A DNA stretch of 61,185 nucleotides, counting the filler, from Sphacelaria rigidula (Eukaryota), in assembly GCA_964200075.2 (NCBI GenBank). It is 8 parts of 8 records of this genome, joined end to end, with 100 filler letters (N's around TTAATTAATTAA, not from the genome) between each part and the next. Parts side by side here need not be neighbours in the genome. Positions count along the whole stretch, not along the records: positions 38,306 to 45,865 come from CAXNAA020014332.1; positions 45,966 to 53,525 come from CAXNAA020014333.1; 6 more parts are not named here. One strand, given 5' to 3'. This document shows positions 38,206 through 49,174 of this stretch, piece by piece. The notes under the pieces are model-generated. The model saw nothing but the letters and a program-made list of their open reading frames with translations, had not been told where the DNA came from and ran no database searches. The position numbers and the translations under genes were made by a program. Position 1 is the stretch's first letter. Every line of letters begins with the position of its first letter.

Positions 38206-38305
38206 NNNNNNNNNNNNNNNNNNNNNNNNNNNNNNNNNNNNNNNNNNNNTTAATTAATTAANNNNNNNNNNNNNNNNNNNNNNNNNNNNNNNNNNNNNNN
38301 NNNNN
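38206..38305. other. Artificial contig spacer
   Basis: 44N-TTAATTAATTAA-44N. Confidence 0.98.
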
Positions 38306-38337
38306 CTCATGGGGGGGGCGTTCTCATGGGGGGGGGG

Positions 38338-38398
38338 CGTTCTCATTCGTTGCTTGCCTTAGTCGTTTGACCATTGACCACGCATCCCTTTCGAGACC
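38338..38398 (-). mobile_element. LINE 3'-tip copy with a reiterated C-tail unit
   Basis: The reverse complement encodes LRSRKGCVVNGQTTKASNE*, close to the LINE C-terminus. On + it is preceded by (CTCAT-Gn-CGTT) twice and followed by a G-run. Confidence 0.88.
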
Positions 38399-40620
38399 GT
38401 AGTTGGTGGGGGGGGGGAAGAAGTATATAATCCTGCAGACGCGCAAGCTTGCACGTCGCTAATCCTACGGGCGAATGTGGCATCTTACTGTGCTGTAGCT
38501 GCGGCGTACTATTGACGTAGCGTAAGCCAAAGAAGTCGCACATCTCTGCGTTCCTGCACCCACCACAGACCGCAGTTTTACACCAGGCCAAGTTTGACAG
38601 CTGGGTCTGAGAGTGTTCGAAATTCTAGTCACCAGGTCGCTAAATATGGCTCCCTGAACCCGGGGTTGATTTTCGTGTCGAGAGTGTATCACTGGACTCG
38701 ACGTTAGGGTGTACACTGTTTTCGATATGTTTGTGCGCGTCGACCGCGAGTCGCGAAGACTAGACTGATTCAGTGATGAAAAAAGCACCGGTGAGGCCTC
38801 TGAGCTTTCAATCTTCCTGGAGACACGCGCCGCACTCTGCAGAAACGGTGCGGGGAAAGATCAGCACACCTATCTGACCAAATCGCTATGTACGTTGAAT
38901 CGTTCCTACAACAGCTAATTTCAGCGGCTTGCAGAGGCCGACCGTCTACATGCTGACATTGTGATGGTTTCCGACCCCCGTGAAAATTATTTCTGTTACA
39001 TGAGGTCAAAAAAGAGGAAGGAGGAAGGGGGCAGGAACCGAGAGATGCGCCACCCCTGGCCTAGGCTTGTCACTTTATAGCGTCACTTCTTCATCCGAAC
39101 ACCATGTCTAGGGTCCCGTGGTGCCTCACACCGAATAGAAAGTGAAACATTATCACACGCGTCATCTTGTTTCGGTCAGAAATGCTGACATAGACCACGA
39201 CTGCACGTAGTAAACCAACCGGCAGCACACATGTAGGATGACGCCCACAACCAAGATAGTCACCAGCAGCACTAACTCAACCCGTGGTACATCCTCCGCA
39301 ACATTATTAGTAGAGGCCATTTTATGGTATACACTAGGGAAAATATGGACATACTCGGGTTCAGTAGTTCGTCGCAAAATGAGGTGTGACATTTCTTACT
39401 TTGCGTACGTCGCATGCTGTTGGAGCGCACGCCCACGATACCTTTATTCGTCCGCCAACGCGAGAAAAGTTTGCGTGTTAGGAGTATCCATTATTTTCCA
39501 ACCTGTGGAGCTGCCCCTACGTATTGCTTTACCGAAGCGGCCTACCCTGTTCGTGGCCTTCGCGGTTTTCCACCGGGTGAAGACGATCAGCGTGACAGCG
39601 ATGACATTCAGCGTGCACTACCACGCGATTGCACAGAGAATGAAAGGGGCCGGAACCGACGACCGGGATATCTCCGTCACTCCGGCGACGGACTGATCCA
39701 CTTACTCACTCTAGCTCCGTTGAAGCGTTCAGCAGCGCGTGTAGAACTCGGAGCTTTAAGGCCTTCCTCGTGCCTGTCGTTCTCTTGACCAATAAACAGA
39801 GCGATTTTACCCCGCCATTGTGTAACAAGCGTTGCCGGGAGCGGCTTTCGAGCAAGAGCGAGGCTGCGCAGAACGCGCCACAAGCCTGCCTTGTTTCGGA
39901 GGCGAAGGTCAACACGTGACAAACCAAAAGACAACAGGGGAACGGAAGTGATTACTCGATCATGGCGAAGCTCGATGATGACGAATAAAAAGGGCAGATG
40001 AGACGCCGTCGACCCCCGAAGTCTAGTTGTTCCTTCCAGGAGAAGTAACGGCAGGTTTCTGTACTCAGGATGTGCGTCAACGCATCCGGCGAGATTTCAC
40101 TTCACGCCGCAGTGATGACTGAAACGTGGCAGTGCGGGCCGTTACAACGACGTGGTACTACACGTTGCAGACCCGGACTTTGAGAAGTGCACCCTATGGG
40201 AGCGGTGTGCCGTGCGCCTACTGATCCACGAAAGAGAGCACGTGGTATTGTGACGTGGAACATTTCCCAAAAAACGTAAATATCATTTATTTCGATCTTT
40301 CTCTGCAGATTCTCCCCTGTGCTAATTTTCTTCATCTCTCCATACCGCTACGAGGTGATGGGAGGGGAGAAAACATAAGATTCTACATTTTAATGCCAAC
40401 TGCGTACCTACCTGAAGTTCTGGGGTGCTGGAGCAAAGCATCCCTGAGCACATCTCTTCCAAGATGAACTTGCCGCTGAGAGTCCCGGAGTCGCGCAACA
40501 ACAAGAACAATAGCAGGAGACAGCCGGGGTGTTTGCGTGATCCGGGGTGTTCGAAGCCAGGGAGACGAGCACGCACGCGTCAAGAGGAAGTCAGGAAGCG
40601 ACGGGTCTTCTAGTGTGATT

Positions 40621-40640
40621 GATGATGGTGATGATGGTGG

Positions 40641-40710
<70 letters not shown>
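40621..40710. repeat. (GAT)n microsatellite
   Basis: Direct reading. Confidence 0.95.
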
Positions 40711-40711
<1 letters not shown>

Positions 40712-41035
40712 ATGTCTTTCCCAAGTTTCGTCGTGCGATATGAACTAGTTTAATTGATTGATAATGTTCTTAATTTTTTTTTCCTTAGTGCGATATAACT
40801 TGGTGCGAACGTAATATATATATATATATATGGTGTAGGGCGTACAGTACACACTACTCACCCCTCAGCCGCAAACTGTTTGAGGTAGTCAGAGCGGTTG
40901 TCCGCGTGTTGTACGTTTCTGCACAGGCTGAACACGAGGCCGACTGATAACACCTGTCAGCGATCACCCGAAAGATGACGGGTTGTTGCCACCGCAAACA
41001 ACCACCGATGCGCGCATTTGCTTTGGGCGGGAGGG

Positions 41036-41099
41036 CGTACTCATTTGTTGCTTGCCTTAGTCGTTTGACCATTGACCACGCATCCCTTTCGAGACGGAG
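41036..41099 (-). mobile_element. LINE 3'-tip copy in a G-rich site
   Basis: CGTACTCATTTGTTGCTTGCCTTAGTCGTTTGACCATTGACCACGCATCCCTTTCGAGACGGAG, flanked by GGGCGGGAGGG and GTGGGGGAGCGGGGGGGG. Confidence 0.88.
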
Positions 41100-44000
41100 T
41101 GTGGGGGAGCGGGGGGGGGGGAGGTGAGGTGTACCCATCATTTTGTATTAGTAGTCCTACGATAGCCCCGCCAAAAAATGTGGTTGATTTGGGGAGGCAT
41201 AATCTACACATAAATGGTTATGAAAAAAGCCGAGCACAACGAGCAGCTGGGAATTCCCACGCTTGGGATCTTTCTCGCCAATGTCGCCCATATTAAGCGC
41301 TTCATGCAGCCTGACACCAATTGTCATGCACTGTATGATCCGTTGTAAGCCGATGGCCGATGGACGATGGCCGACACCTCGAGATTCACAGCACTGGTTC
41401 GCGGTGCATTCAAGTCGGCCACTCCGAGGGCTGCGGTATAGTTCTATTTTTCTGCGCATGCGCTTCGCTTCGAAGGGTACCAGTAAGACCGGTTGTGAAA
41501 CAAGTGACACGCGTACCAGGCGACAGATTTGACAACAATACAACAGTTGTGCTTTCGGTCAAAAGCATCGTCCCGGGGATATACACAGCGACATACCTTC
41601 AAATAGACCGTGCTGACATGGCTAGACGCAGCCCGCAGGAGAGCAGGTGCAAGGTTAAGGTGCATGGCAAGGATGGCCACGTCGGGTTCCGAAGAACACA
41701 GCTGGCACAGGGTTCCCACCGCTAGTGTCTTGATAAGTACGTAGCAGCCCTCGCACGGAAAATGTAACATTGACTGATGACGCCGTATCCTCGAACACGA
41801 AATGAGGATATACACGCAACGTGGGCGAAGTCATTGTGGGATTACGACGCCAACGAACTCTGTGGTCGAGAACTCAGCTGTCAAGATTGTCGTTGTGCAC
41901 TCAGTGCGCTGAGGCGATAAAAGCGGAGGAAGGGAAAGTCCCTCAGGGGGACTGTTTTTTTTTTATTTCACGCATCATTGGACAGGATATCGTTCGAAGT
42001 GGTGAACCACTTGCATGTGGAGCTGTTCTGTTCGACTGGACCCCGATAGGGGTGCCAGAGCGCTGCTATACGGAAGGTACATATCTTCGCCGCAAAGTCG
42101 GCGACAGTTCTGTCCATGTCATCCCCACCTAACCGTCATTTCACAGCAGAGAAGGTGATGCTGTACGTACCGACTGCTCTACACAGCTGAACTATAATCT
42201 TGGTCCACCCTACCATGGAACCAACAACGATAGCAACTACTAATTGTTCAGACCCGCGCCCTCCACTACTGACCACGCATAATGTGTGATAGTTCCATAC
42301 CAAGATGTGCTCATCAAACTTTCACACGGCGATCGACCAATCCAATGATCCGTGTACGCACCACCAAGACGTGCAGGCCGCCCTTCATAGCCAACCTAGC
42401 CGCGTTGTCGCGATGGCATGCGAGAAGCCAGGCGGTCGCCAACATCCTGCAAACAAGAGGAAGTCGAAGAACGAAACAAAACACCGGGCGGTCGCGGTGA
42501 AAATCAATAGAGACACCCGCAGTAAGGTCAAAATACGCACATCTGCGATACTGCGCGCGTTTCTCGCGACTTGTGTCTCTTTTCGGTCGGGCGAGGTGTG
42601 GGATGTGGGATGTAGCAGAACGAACAGCCTGAGATACGCAACGGGGTCGATACGCTTTATGTAGCGTCAACGGTTTTGAGCGTCGCGCTATTGGAACGAT
42701 TGTTATCTGCCTCGCCGCGCCGATTTACGAGATGATGTCGTTGATGCCGCCTGAGTGGAACAGCTGATTTTTTGTCGTTTCCCGTAACTCAGCTACAGGA
42801 TTCGTAGGCAGCTTACGTTCGGTCGAGCCCTTCACATAGACACAGTCGCATCGTGATTTCTCACCCTTCTTTTAGCCCCAACCTCGCGTTTGAGCGCAAG
42901 CCATCAAGGAGTCCATCGATAGCCCACAGTCGCCCGAGCAACTCGCGATACTCGGGTCGCCGCGCCAGCAGCCATCTGCCACCAAACACTAGTCGAAATT
43001 TTTATTAGTCTAACTCGCCAGGATATGAAAGGCCACGACACCCCACGAAAACCTCTAGAGGTAGGACGCGGAAAGTATCGCGAATAATCGTACCCACACT
43101 TGAGTTCACTCACAGGGGACAACTGCGTCAATATGGTTTCATCAGTACCCTACTCATCTTTCAACCATACACCTGTTCTTTCTCGAGCCACGGTCAACGT
43201 CGGTAGAGTTGCTGTGGTCTGGCGGATGTTTCACCCCCCGGAAGCCCCATATGTCACGCACGTAGCGTTCAAGATTATCATGCGTCCACGATTGTCACGA
43301 ACACGCCCAGACGATGTCATCTCGACAAAGCTGCCCCGTAACGTAATTTAGGTGGGTGTCTAGGATGTGCGCGATGTCCGTGGATGATCTTGAGACGTGA
43401 TACGACGGAAAAAGGAAATATCTGGGCGACGGTACGCAGGAGGAGAGTGTAGTACATAGCCGGTGAATGCATAAGAGGTACGGCGCAGTACATTACGCAC
43501 ATTGTCCATGTGGTGTAGTCAAGGACCTGCTCGCTCTTGTGACCAAGGGTCCACACAAGCGAGCTGACTTGTTTCTGCCCCCAGCCTTCGAGGCCCGATC
43601 CTACCCTCCCGTCGTCCCCATTGGTGCTATCATCGCAGTGACACAGGTGCATGATACTGCATGCGACGGTACTATCCATTTCGGCGCTGCCAAGGTGCCC
43701 CACCAGTACATGCTGGAAGCCACGCGGGAGAAAGAGATACAAGTACCGAGGGAAAGACGGGGCGGGTACACTGCAAGTGTCGATCACCTCCGCATTGTAA
43801 AGGCTACTCGGTTAGCAGGCGGTACACGCAAAAAAGGAACATATACCCAGGCATGCAGAGCGGAATCCGAAGGGAGGGAGCGTCACACATTGGCTGGATC
43901 AAATACTGATTCGTCGATACGCACCATTCGCACGAATCGATAACAACTCACACATTGTTGGCACTCGTGATTCGTGCGGTGACGGCATGGGCCATACAGT

Positions 44001-45032
44001 ATGTACGAAATTCCCACAAGCCATTCGTGCGGCGTTGATCATCGGAACTCTCCGCCCTCCTGACAAACCGTATTGCACTAATTCTTTGCACGAACCATCA
44101 CGGATCAATTGTTAGATATTTCTCCAAGTTACGTATTACATTCAAAGCAATTCATCAACGTTTCCCGCACAAGATTGTGCGTTACAAACTACTCGCACAT
44201 TTTCCCCGCCCATAACGCACAAATTTTAACCACTGGTGATTCGTGTAGCACAAACTCAACAGTACATTTTGCCCACATCTGGTTTGCGCGGGGCGGAACA
44301 TGCAGCCCTTGGTTGGTTCAACTTGCGCAAAATGGTGTATGTCGCTTCTGTATGGCCTTAAGCACCGAGAGAAGAACATGGGTGGAGAGTCTTGCGCGCA
44401 TAAGAGCAAGAAATACGACGACTCAACCGCTTTGGAACCGTTGATGGGAAAATGATGATTTACAGTTGACGTTTTTTGGGGCAAAATATGGCTGTCTTTC
44501 TGCAAATGTCGATGATGCAGCCCACCAAAACGGTGCAGCACTCTAAGTTCGAGTATACTAATCTGACAGACTCGAGCACCGAACCCCAAGTAACTGTTCC
44601 CGGTGACGGAAGCTCGCATATGGGAGTTTGTCCTCCTGTTTTTCGCGAATTCCAAAAGAGTTAACTTCGACGGACATCCATTTCTAGAAACCAGGCTCTC
44701 TCTGCGACTCTGACCGTATCACCAGGCGTTGAATGAATTACCTCGGGACAAGGAGCAATCACGAGGTAACGAGATTCCTGATACACACCTGCAGTCTGTC
44801 CACGAAACCGCTCTCCAGCGCGTTCCGACGCACCAGCTCGCTACCCGCTAGCATGTTACAGAGGGCTCGAGCTGCACGCTCTTGGAGCTGGACCGGGGAA
44901 GCGAGCAAACGGTGTTGCATCGGACACCCCATAGCACCTGATGCACTTCCAAAGATGCACTTCCAAAGTTTTATGCGCGCGCGATACCATGAACTCGTAC
45001 TTCGAAATTTGACCACTTTCACGCCTACATTC

Positions 45033-45169
45033 CATACCCTGGACAAAAGAATACACGGTCAAAAAAGTACTGCGTACAGTATGGGATCTATTGTCTATTG
45101 CAATAGACAATAGATTCCGTACTGTACGCAGTACATTTTTTTACCGTGTATTCTATTGTCCAGGGTGTG
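45033..45169. mobile_element. 137-bp near-fully palindromic MITE with a perfect 8-bp TSD (hAT- or P-type)
   Basis: CTACATTC at 45025-45032 and 45170-45177; the two halves are reverse complements around CTATTGCAATAG. Confidence 0.92.
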
Positions 45170-45865
45170 CTACATTCAAAACAAAACAAGAGTAACGACG
45201 ACGCTATGGCTGCTTTGAGCTGGAGAAAATGCTAAGACCTGGAAGCACGCCTTCTGCCCTCCCCTTCCCACCCTGGCCTCTCACACACGGCGCACAGAGC
45301 TGTGCCAGTGTCACATTCTGGCACCGACACGGGGTGTCTTTCGCGAGCACCCGTTGATCTCCGGGTGTGCGGATCAGCCACTCGGGAAAAGCAGCGCCAC
45401 ATGCCACCGACTTCCTCTCCCCTCCCCAGTCACACTTCTCAACCTCTCCCGCTCCTCGGGACGATTCCACGGTCTCAAGGGATCAACTTATCTCTCTCCC
45501 AATGACTGGGCCGGACAATGTCCCAGTATTCATGATTTGGACGTTCTTCGATGTCGGGTGCGTAGCAATGCTATCAAGCGCTGGGAGTGAGCCGTTTTCA
45601 TCCTTGGCACCCGGTGAATTTCGAGTACCCACCTCAACACCATTCCGGCGACTGTGCATATCCATGAGGTCGGAAGGCAGGTTGGCTACCTGCATCGATC
45701 AGTTTCGGAACGGTAGAAACAAAAAAACAAGGAACGTGTGAGGAGCCGTAGTCCTGAGGCGCCCATCGCACATACATCGGAAAAAAAAAAAAACTGCAGT
45801 TATATTAGTGTTGTAATGCTGTAAAAACTTCCCCCAAACGCCACACCTTCCACTCCCCCCCCCCC

Positions 45866-45965
45866 NNNNNNNNNNNNNNNNNNNNNNNNNNNNNNNNNNN
45901 NNNNNNNNNTTAATTAATTAANNNNNNNNNNNNNNNNNNNNNNNNNNNNNNNNNNNNNNNNNNNN
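45866..45965. other. Artificial contig spacer
   Basis: 44N-TTAATTAATTAA-44N. Confidence 0.98.
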
Positions 45966-46008
45966 CCAGTTCCAGGTTTTGTCAACGGAGGAGGTGAGGT
46001 GGAGCCGG

Positions 46009-46010
<2 letters not shown>

Positions 46011-46054
<44 letters not shown>
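46011..46054. repeat. (TCA)n microsatellite, poly-Ser in the copia linker frame
   Basis: Direct reading. Confidence 0.9.
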
Positions 46055-46055
<1 letters not shown>

Positions 46056-47383
46056 ACGCCAACATCAGCGTAGACGCCGATACCTACGCCGACGCAGACA
46101 CCAGCGCAGACGCCGACACCTACGCCAACGCCGACGCCTACGCCGACGCTCACATCGGCATCGGACACTGCCTCGTCGCCCGCACTGTCACCCTCTTCCA
46201 CGAGTCCCTCGCAAGATGGCGGGGGGGGCGACGATGCTCGTCAACTCCCGAGAACCGAGCAACGCCGTCTTGCGTGGGCTGACCGGTTACCAACACCAAG
46301 GGTGGGGCGTACGAGGAGCCAAACGCGCGAGGCAATGGGGTCGGTACACGCACAAGACGAAACGCTGGTGGCTGGTGGAGCGGAGGGAGGCAAGAAGGAA
46401 GCGGAGATGGCGCTGGCGGGAATGGCGGGGGACAAATGCTCAACCATGGAGATGATCACCGCGGCAGCAGGACAGGTGGCAGGACAAGACGCAATCGCTT
46501 CGACTCAACGCGAGTTAGCTGAAAACGAGTTTTTGTTTGGTTGCTGAGTAAAACAGGGTAGGACAGCCTGAATTCGGTATGCGTTCACCGGTTGGCCTAC
46601 ACGTGAGCGAAGTAGAGGCAGCACCAACCAGTATGGATGATATTGCCAGGTCAGAATTTCGAGAGGCATGGTTAGGCGGGACGCAGGCCAATCTAGGAGG
46701 TCATGAAAAGACTGGAACATTTTCGACTGGCCCTGTACCGGAAGCAGCAAACGTGATTTCAGCAAAGTGGGTTTTTAGTTGGAAGACCGACGCAGATTGT
46801 GCTGTAACAAAGGCAAAGGCAAGGTTGGTAGCGCGAGGTTTTGGACAACGGTTTGCAGTCGACTATTTCGAGACTTTCGCGGCAACGCCCTCCATGGCCT
46901 CCACCAAACTGGTCATGGCCGTGGCAGTTCAGGAAGAGTGGCCGCTGTACCATTTTGATGTGACACAGGCTTTTATTCAAGCGGAAATGGATACCGATGT
47001 ATACATGAGGTTGCCTGAAGCTTGCTCCGTTTTGAGAGACGTGGCCGTGAAGCTTGAAAATCTATTTACGGGATCAAGCAGGCAGGCAGGCAGTGGTCTC
47101 GTCTTCTGTGTCAAACTTTACTGGAGGATGTCGGGATGGTGCAGTGTGAGGCTGATCCATGTGCTTTCAAGATAGAGGATGCAGGAGATGTGCGTGTGAT
47201 TTTAGTTGCCCATGTGGACGACATCCTTATCAGTGGTTCTGAAGAATACGTAGGAAAGGTGGGCAAAGCCCTCAACAAAAGTTCTCTAAGAACAATCTCG
47301 GAGAGAGGTCACATGGTACATGGGGTGCGCAGTGGATAGAGACTGGGATAGAGGCACGCTGTCTGTAACGCAAACGACGTTCA

Positions 47384-47682
47384 ACGGTGTATTCGTGAGA
47401 TTGAGAGTAGAGGACACGGTTGAGAGTCAAAAGCGGTTAATTAGTGAATGAATTGTTTCAGTTCCGAAATGTCCCTCCAAGAGGCCCGATATGCTTTCTG
47501 TAGTAGCTCGCCACTGAGGCCCTTGATGTCCCCAAGTAGGATATCGATGTGTAGCTGTAAGCACCCGCTAGTGATAAAGGCAAAGAAAACACACACGGGA
47601 TAAAAGATTGGCTAAGTTAGAGTGATTGACGAAAGCCATTCTCAATCAGTGTTCTACTCTCGATCTCACGAAAACGTTGTTA
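47384..47682. mobile_element. ~300-bp MITE inserted in the copia RT, TSD TTCA
   Basis: Homologous to 5778-6082. Removing it restores TLSVTQTTF-TDTLLKRF. TTCA at 47380-47383 and 47683-47686. Confidence 0.9.
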
Positions 47683-48759
47683 TTCACGGACACGCTCCTG
47701 AAGCGTTTTGAGGTGAGGGGGTACTCGGCAATCCCTGCCTCTGTTTCTGTAAAGTTGGGGCCGACAACGGGCGAAGACAAAAATGTGAATCGCCCATACC
47801 GTAACGCAGTGGGAGGGTTGATGTGGCTGGCAACAGTCACCAGACCCGGCATCGCGAATTCGGTACGAGCGCTTGCTCGCCAGTCGCATGACCCATGCGA
47901 GAGGCACCGGGAAGCTGTTATGAAAGTTCTGAAGTATCTAAATGAGACAAAGAAGTTAGGACTTACATTAAAAAAAGCTGATGATGGGCTTTCAGTCTAC
48001 TGCGATGCAGATTACGCCAAGAAGGGAACGGATAGGCGTTCGGTTTCAGGGGTAGCCGTGATGTACGGTGGTGTGGTAGTGTCGGCAACGAGCCGCACGC
48101 AACACTGCGTAACTCTGTCAACCACGGAGGCAGAGTATGTTGCAATGGCCGAGGGGGCAAAGGAGGGATTGTTTGTGAAGGCAGTGTTGATGTTCTTGCG
48201 ACCGTAGACTGTCGGGAAGTTGGGAGAACCAAGGTGTTCTTTTGTACGAGGACAACGAGGGAGCAAAAGCTCTGGCCGAGAATCCTCTCAATTCCGAGAG
48301 GAGTAAGCACACAGACGTGAGATATCACTTCATTCGAGAGCTGGTGGGGACGAGAAAGGTCAGGGTTGTTCATGTAGGCTCAGGATGGCAGCATGCAGAT
48401 ATTTTGACGAAGCCTGTTTCGATCAGCCTGTTTGCGAGGCACAGACGTTTTTTTATGAACTTGGAAGGTGAGAAGTAGGTACGTTTTTGGTGTGTACCAT
48501 TGTGCTCGTGCCGGGTATTTATAGGTGTTCAAGTGATGTATTTATGCGCATTTTGGGTTAAGCCACCCACCCTACTTTGAGGGGCATGGGTTTTGTAGGG
48601 CGTTTCCTGACATGTGTATCTGCCTTGACCGGCGTCCATGGATTATGTAGATGGAGCACAAGCTGTTGAGGGGAGGGGGTTTTGCCCGGATGGCCGGGTT
48701 CCCCCCTTGAAACTTTTTTAGAGAAAGCCACGACGACTGATGTACCGGTTCAGAGGGGG

Positions 48760-49174
48760 TGTTCATGTGAACAGGTACACTGAGTGAACATGCACATGTG
48801 CGGATAGATTAATGCACACGTGCGGGTACTGGTAGTCGAGTGTGTGTGACTACAGCACCCCGCTCACGGCAGCTACCACGCTGCCTGCTGAGTCCACCCA
48901 ACATCTGATCCCTCAGTCATAGGGTCGACTCAGTCTAGGCATTCTCCAATAATACAACAGATAAAACTATCTATCCTTCGCCACGGGCCACGGAATTGAT
49001 TGGCCAAACAGAATAATAAAAAGTCTCTTCTCACAGCAGAAAACCGAAGGTGTGTAGGGAAATTGAGAGCAGTAGGGGATCGAGGTTGTCAAGCCCAAGC
49101 TGCGGCCACTCTCACACCAGAATATATTTCTTTATTCAACTTGCTGCTGACGTGTTAGTCTCGTCAGCCTTCAC
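48760..49174 (+). repeat. Putative 3' LTR of the copia element
   Basis: Polypurine tract AGAGGGGG (48752-48759) directly followed by TGTT. The end is a guess because no 5' LTR is available for comparison. Confidence 0.55.

Larger units (their letters stand above)
45966..48478 (+). mobile_element. Decayed Ty1/copia pol (Ser/Thr/Pro-rich linker, RT, RNase H)
   Basis: NVISAKWVF, KAKARLVARGFGQ, HFDVTQAF, LVAHVDDILI, YCDADYA..DRRSVSG, LSTTEAEY, EDNEGA, SKHTDVRYHFIRE, QHADILTKP; frameshifts, stops and a MITE insertion. Confidence 0.95.

Noticed and set aside
39162-39700. Hydrophobic minus-strand reading suggesting a membrane-protein pseudogene
   Set aside because: Several in-frame stops and no recognisable family, so it cannot be supported without a search
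41380-41800. Cys-rich minus-strand peptide followed by KIELYRSP, resembling an AWS/SET domain
   Set aside because: Multiple stops and no SET core motifs, so the similarity is too weak to support
43467-43943. 158-aa ORF with PIGAIIAV, resembling an ASCH domain segment
   Set aside because: The N-terminal GxKxxExR motif is missing and there is no splice or homology support
45979-46455. Poly-His / Arg-rich ORF
   Set aside because: It is an alternative frame of a (TCA)n microsatellite and the Thr/Pro-rich copia linker
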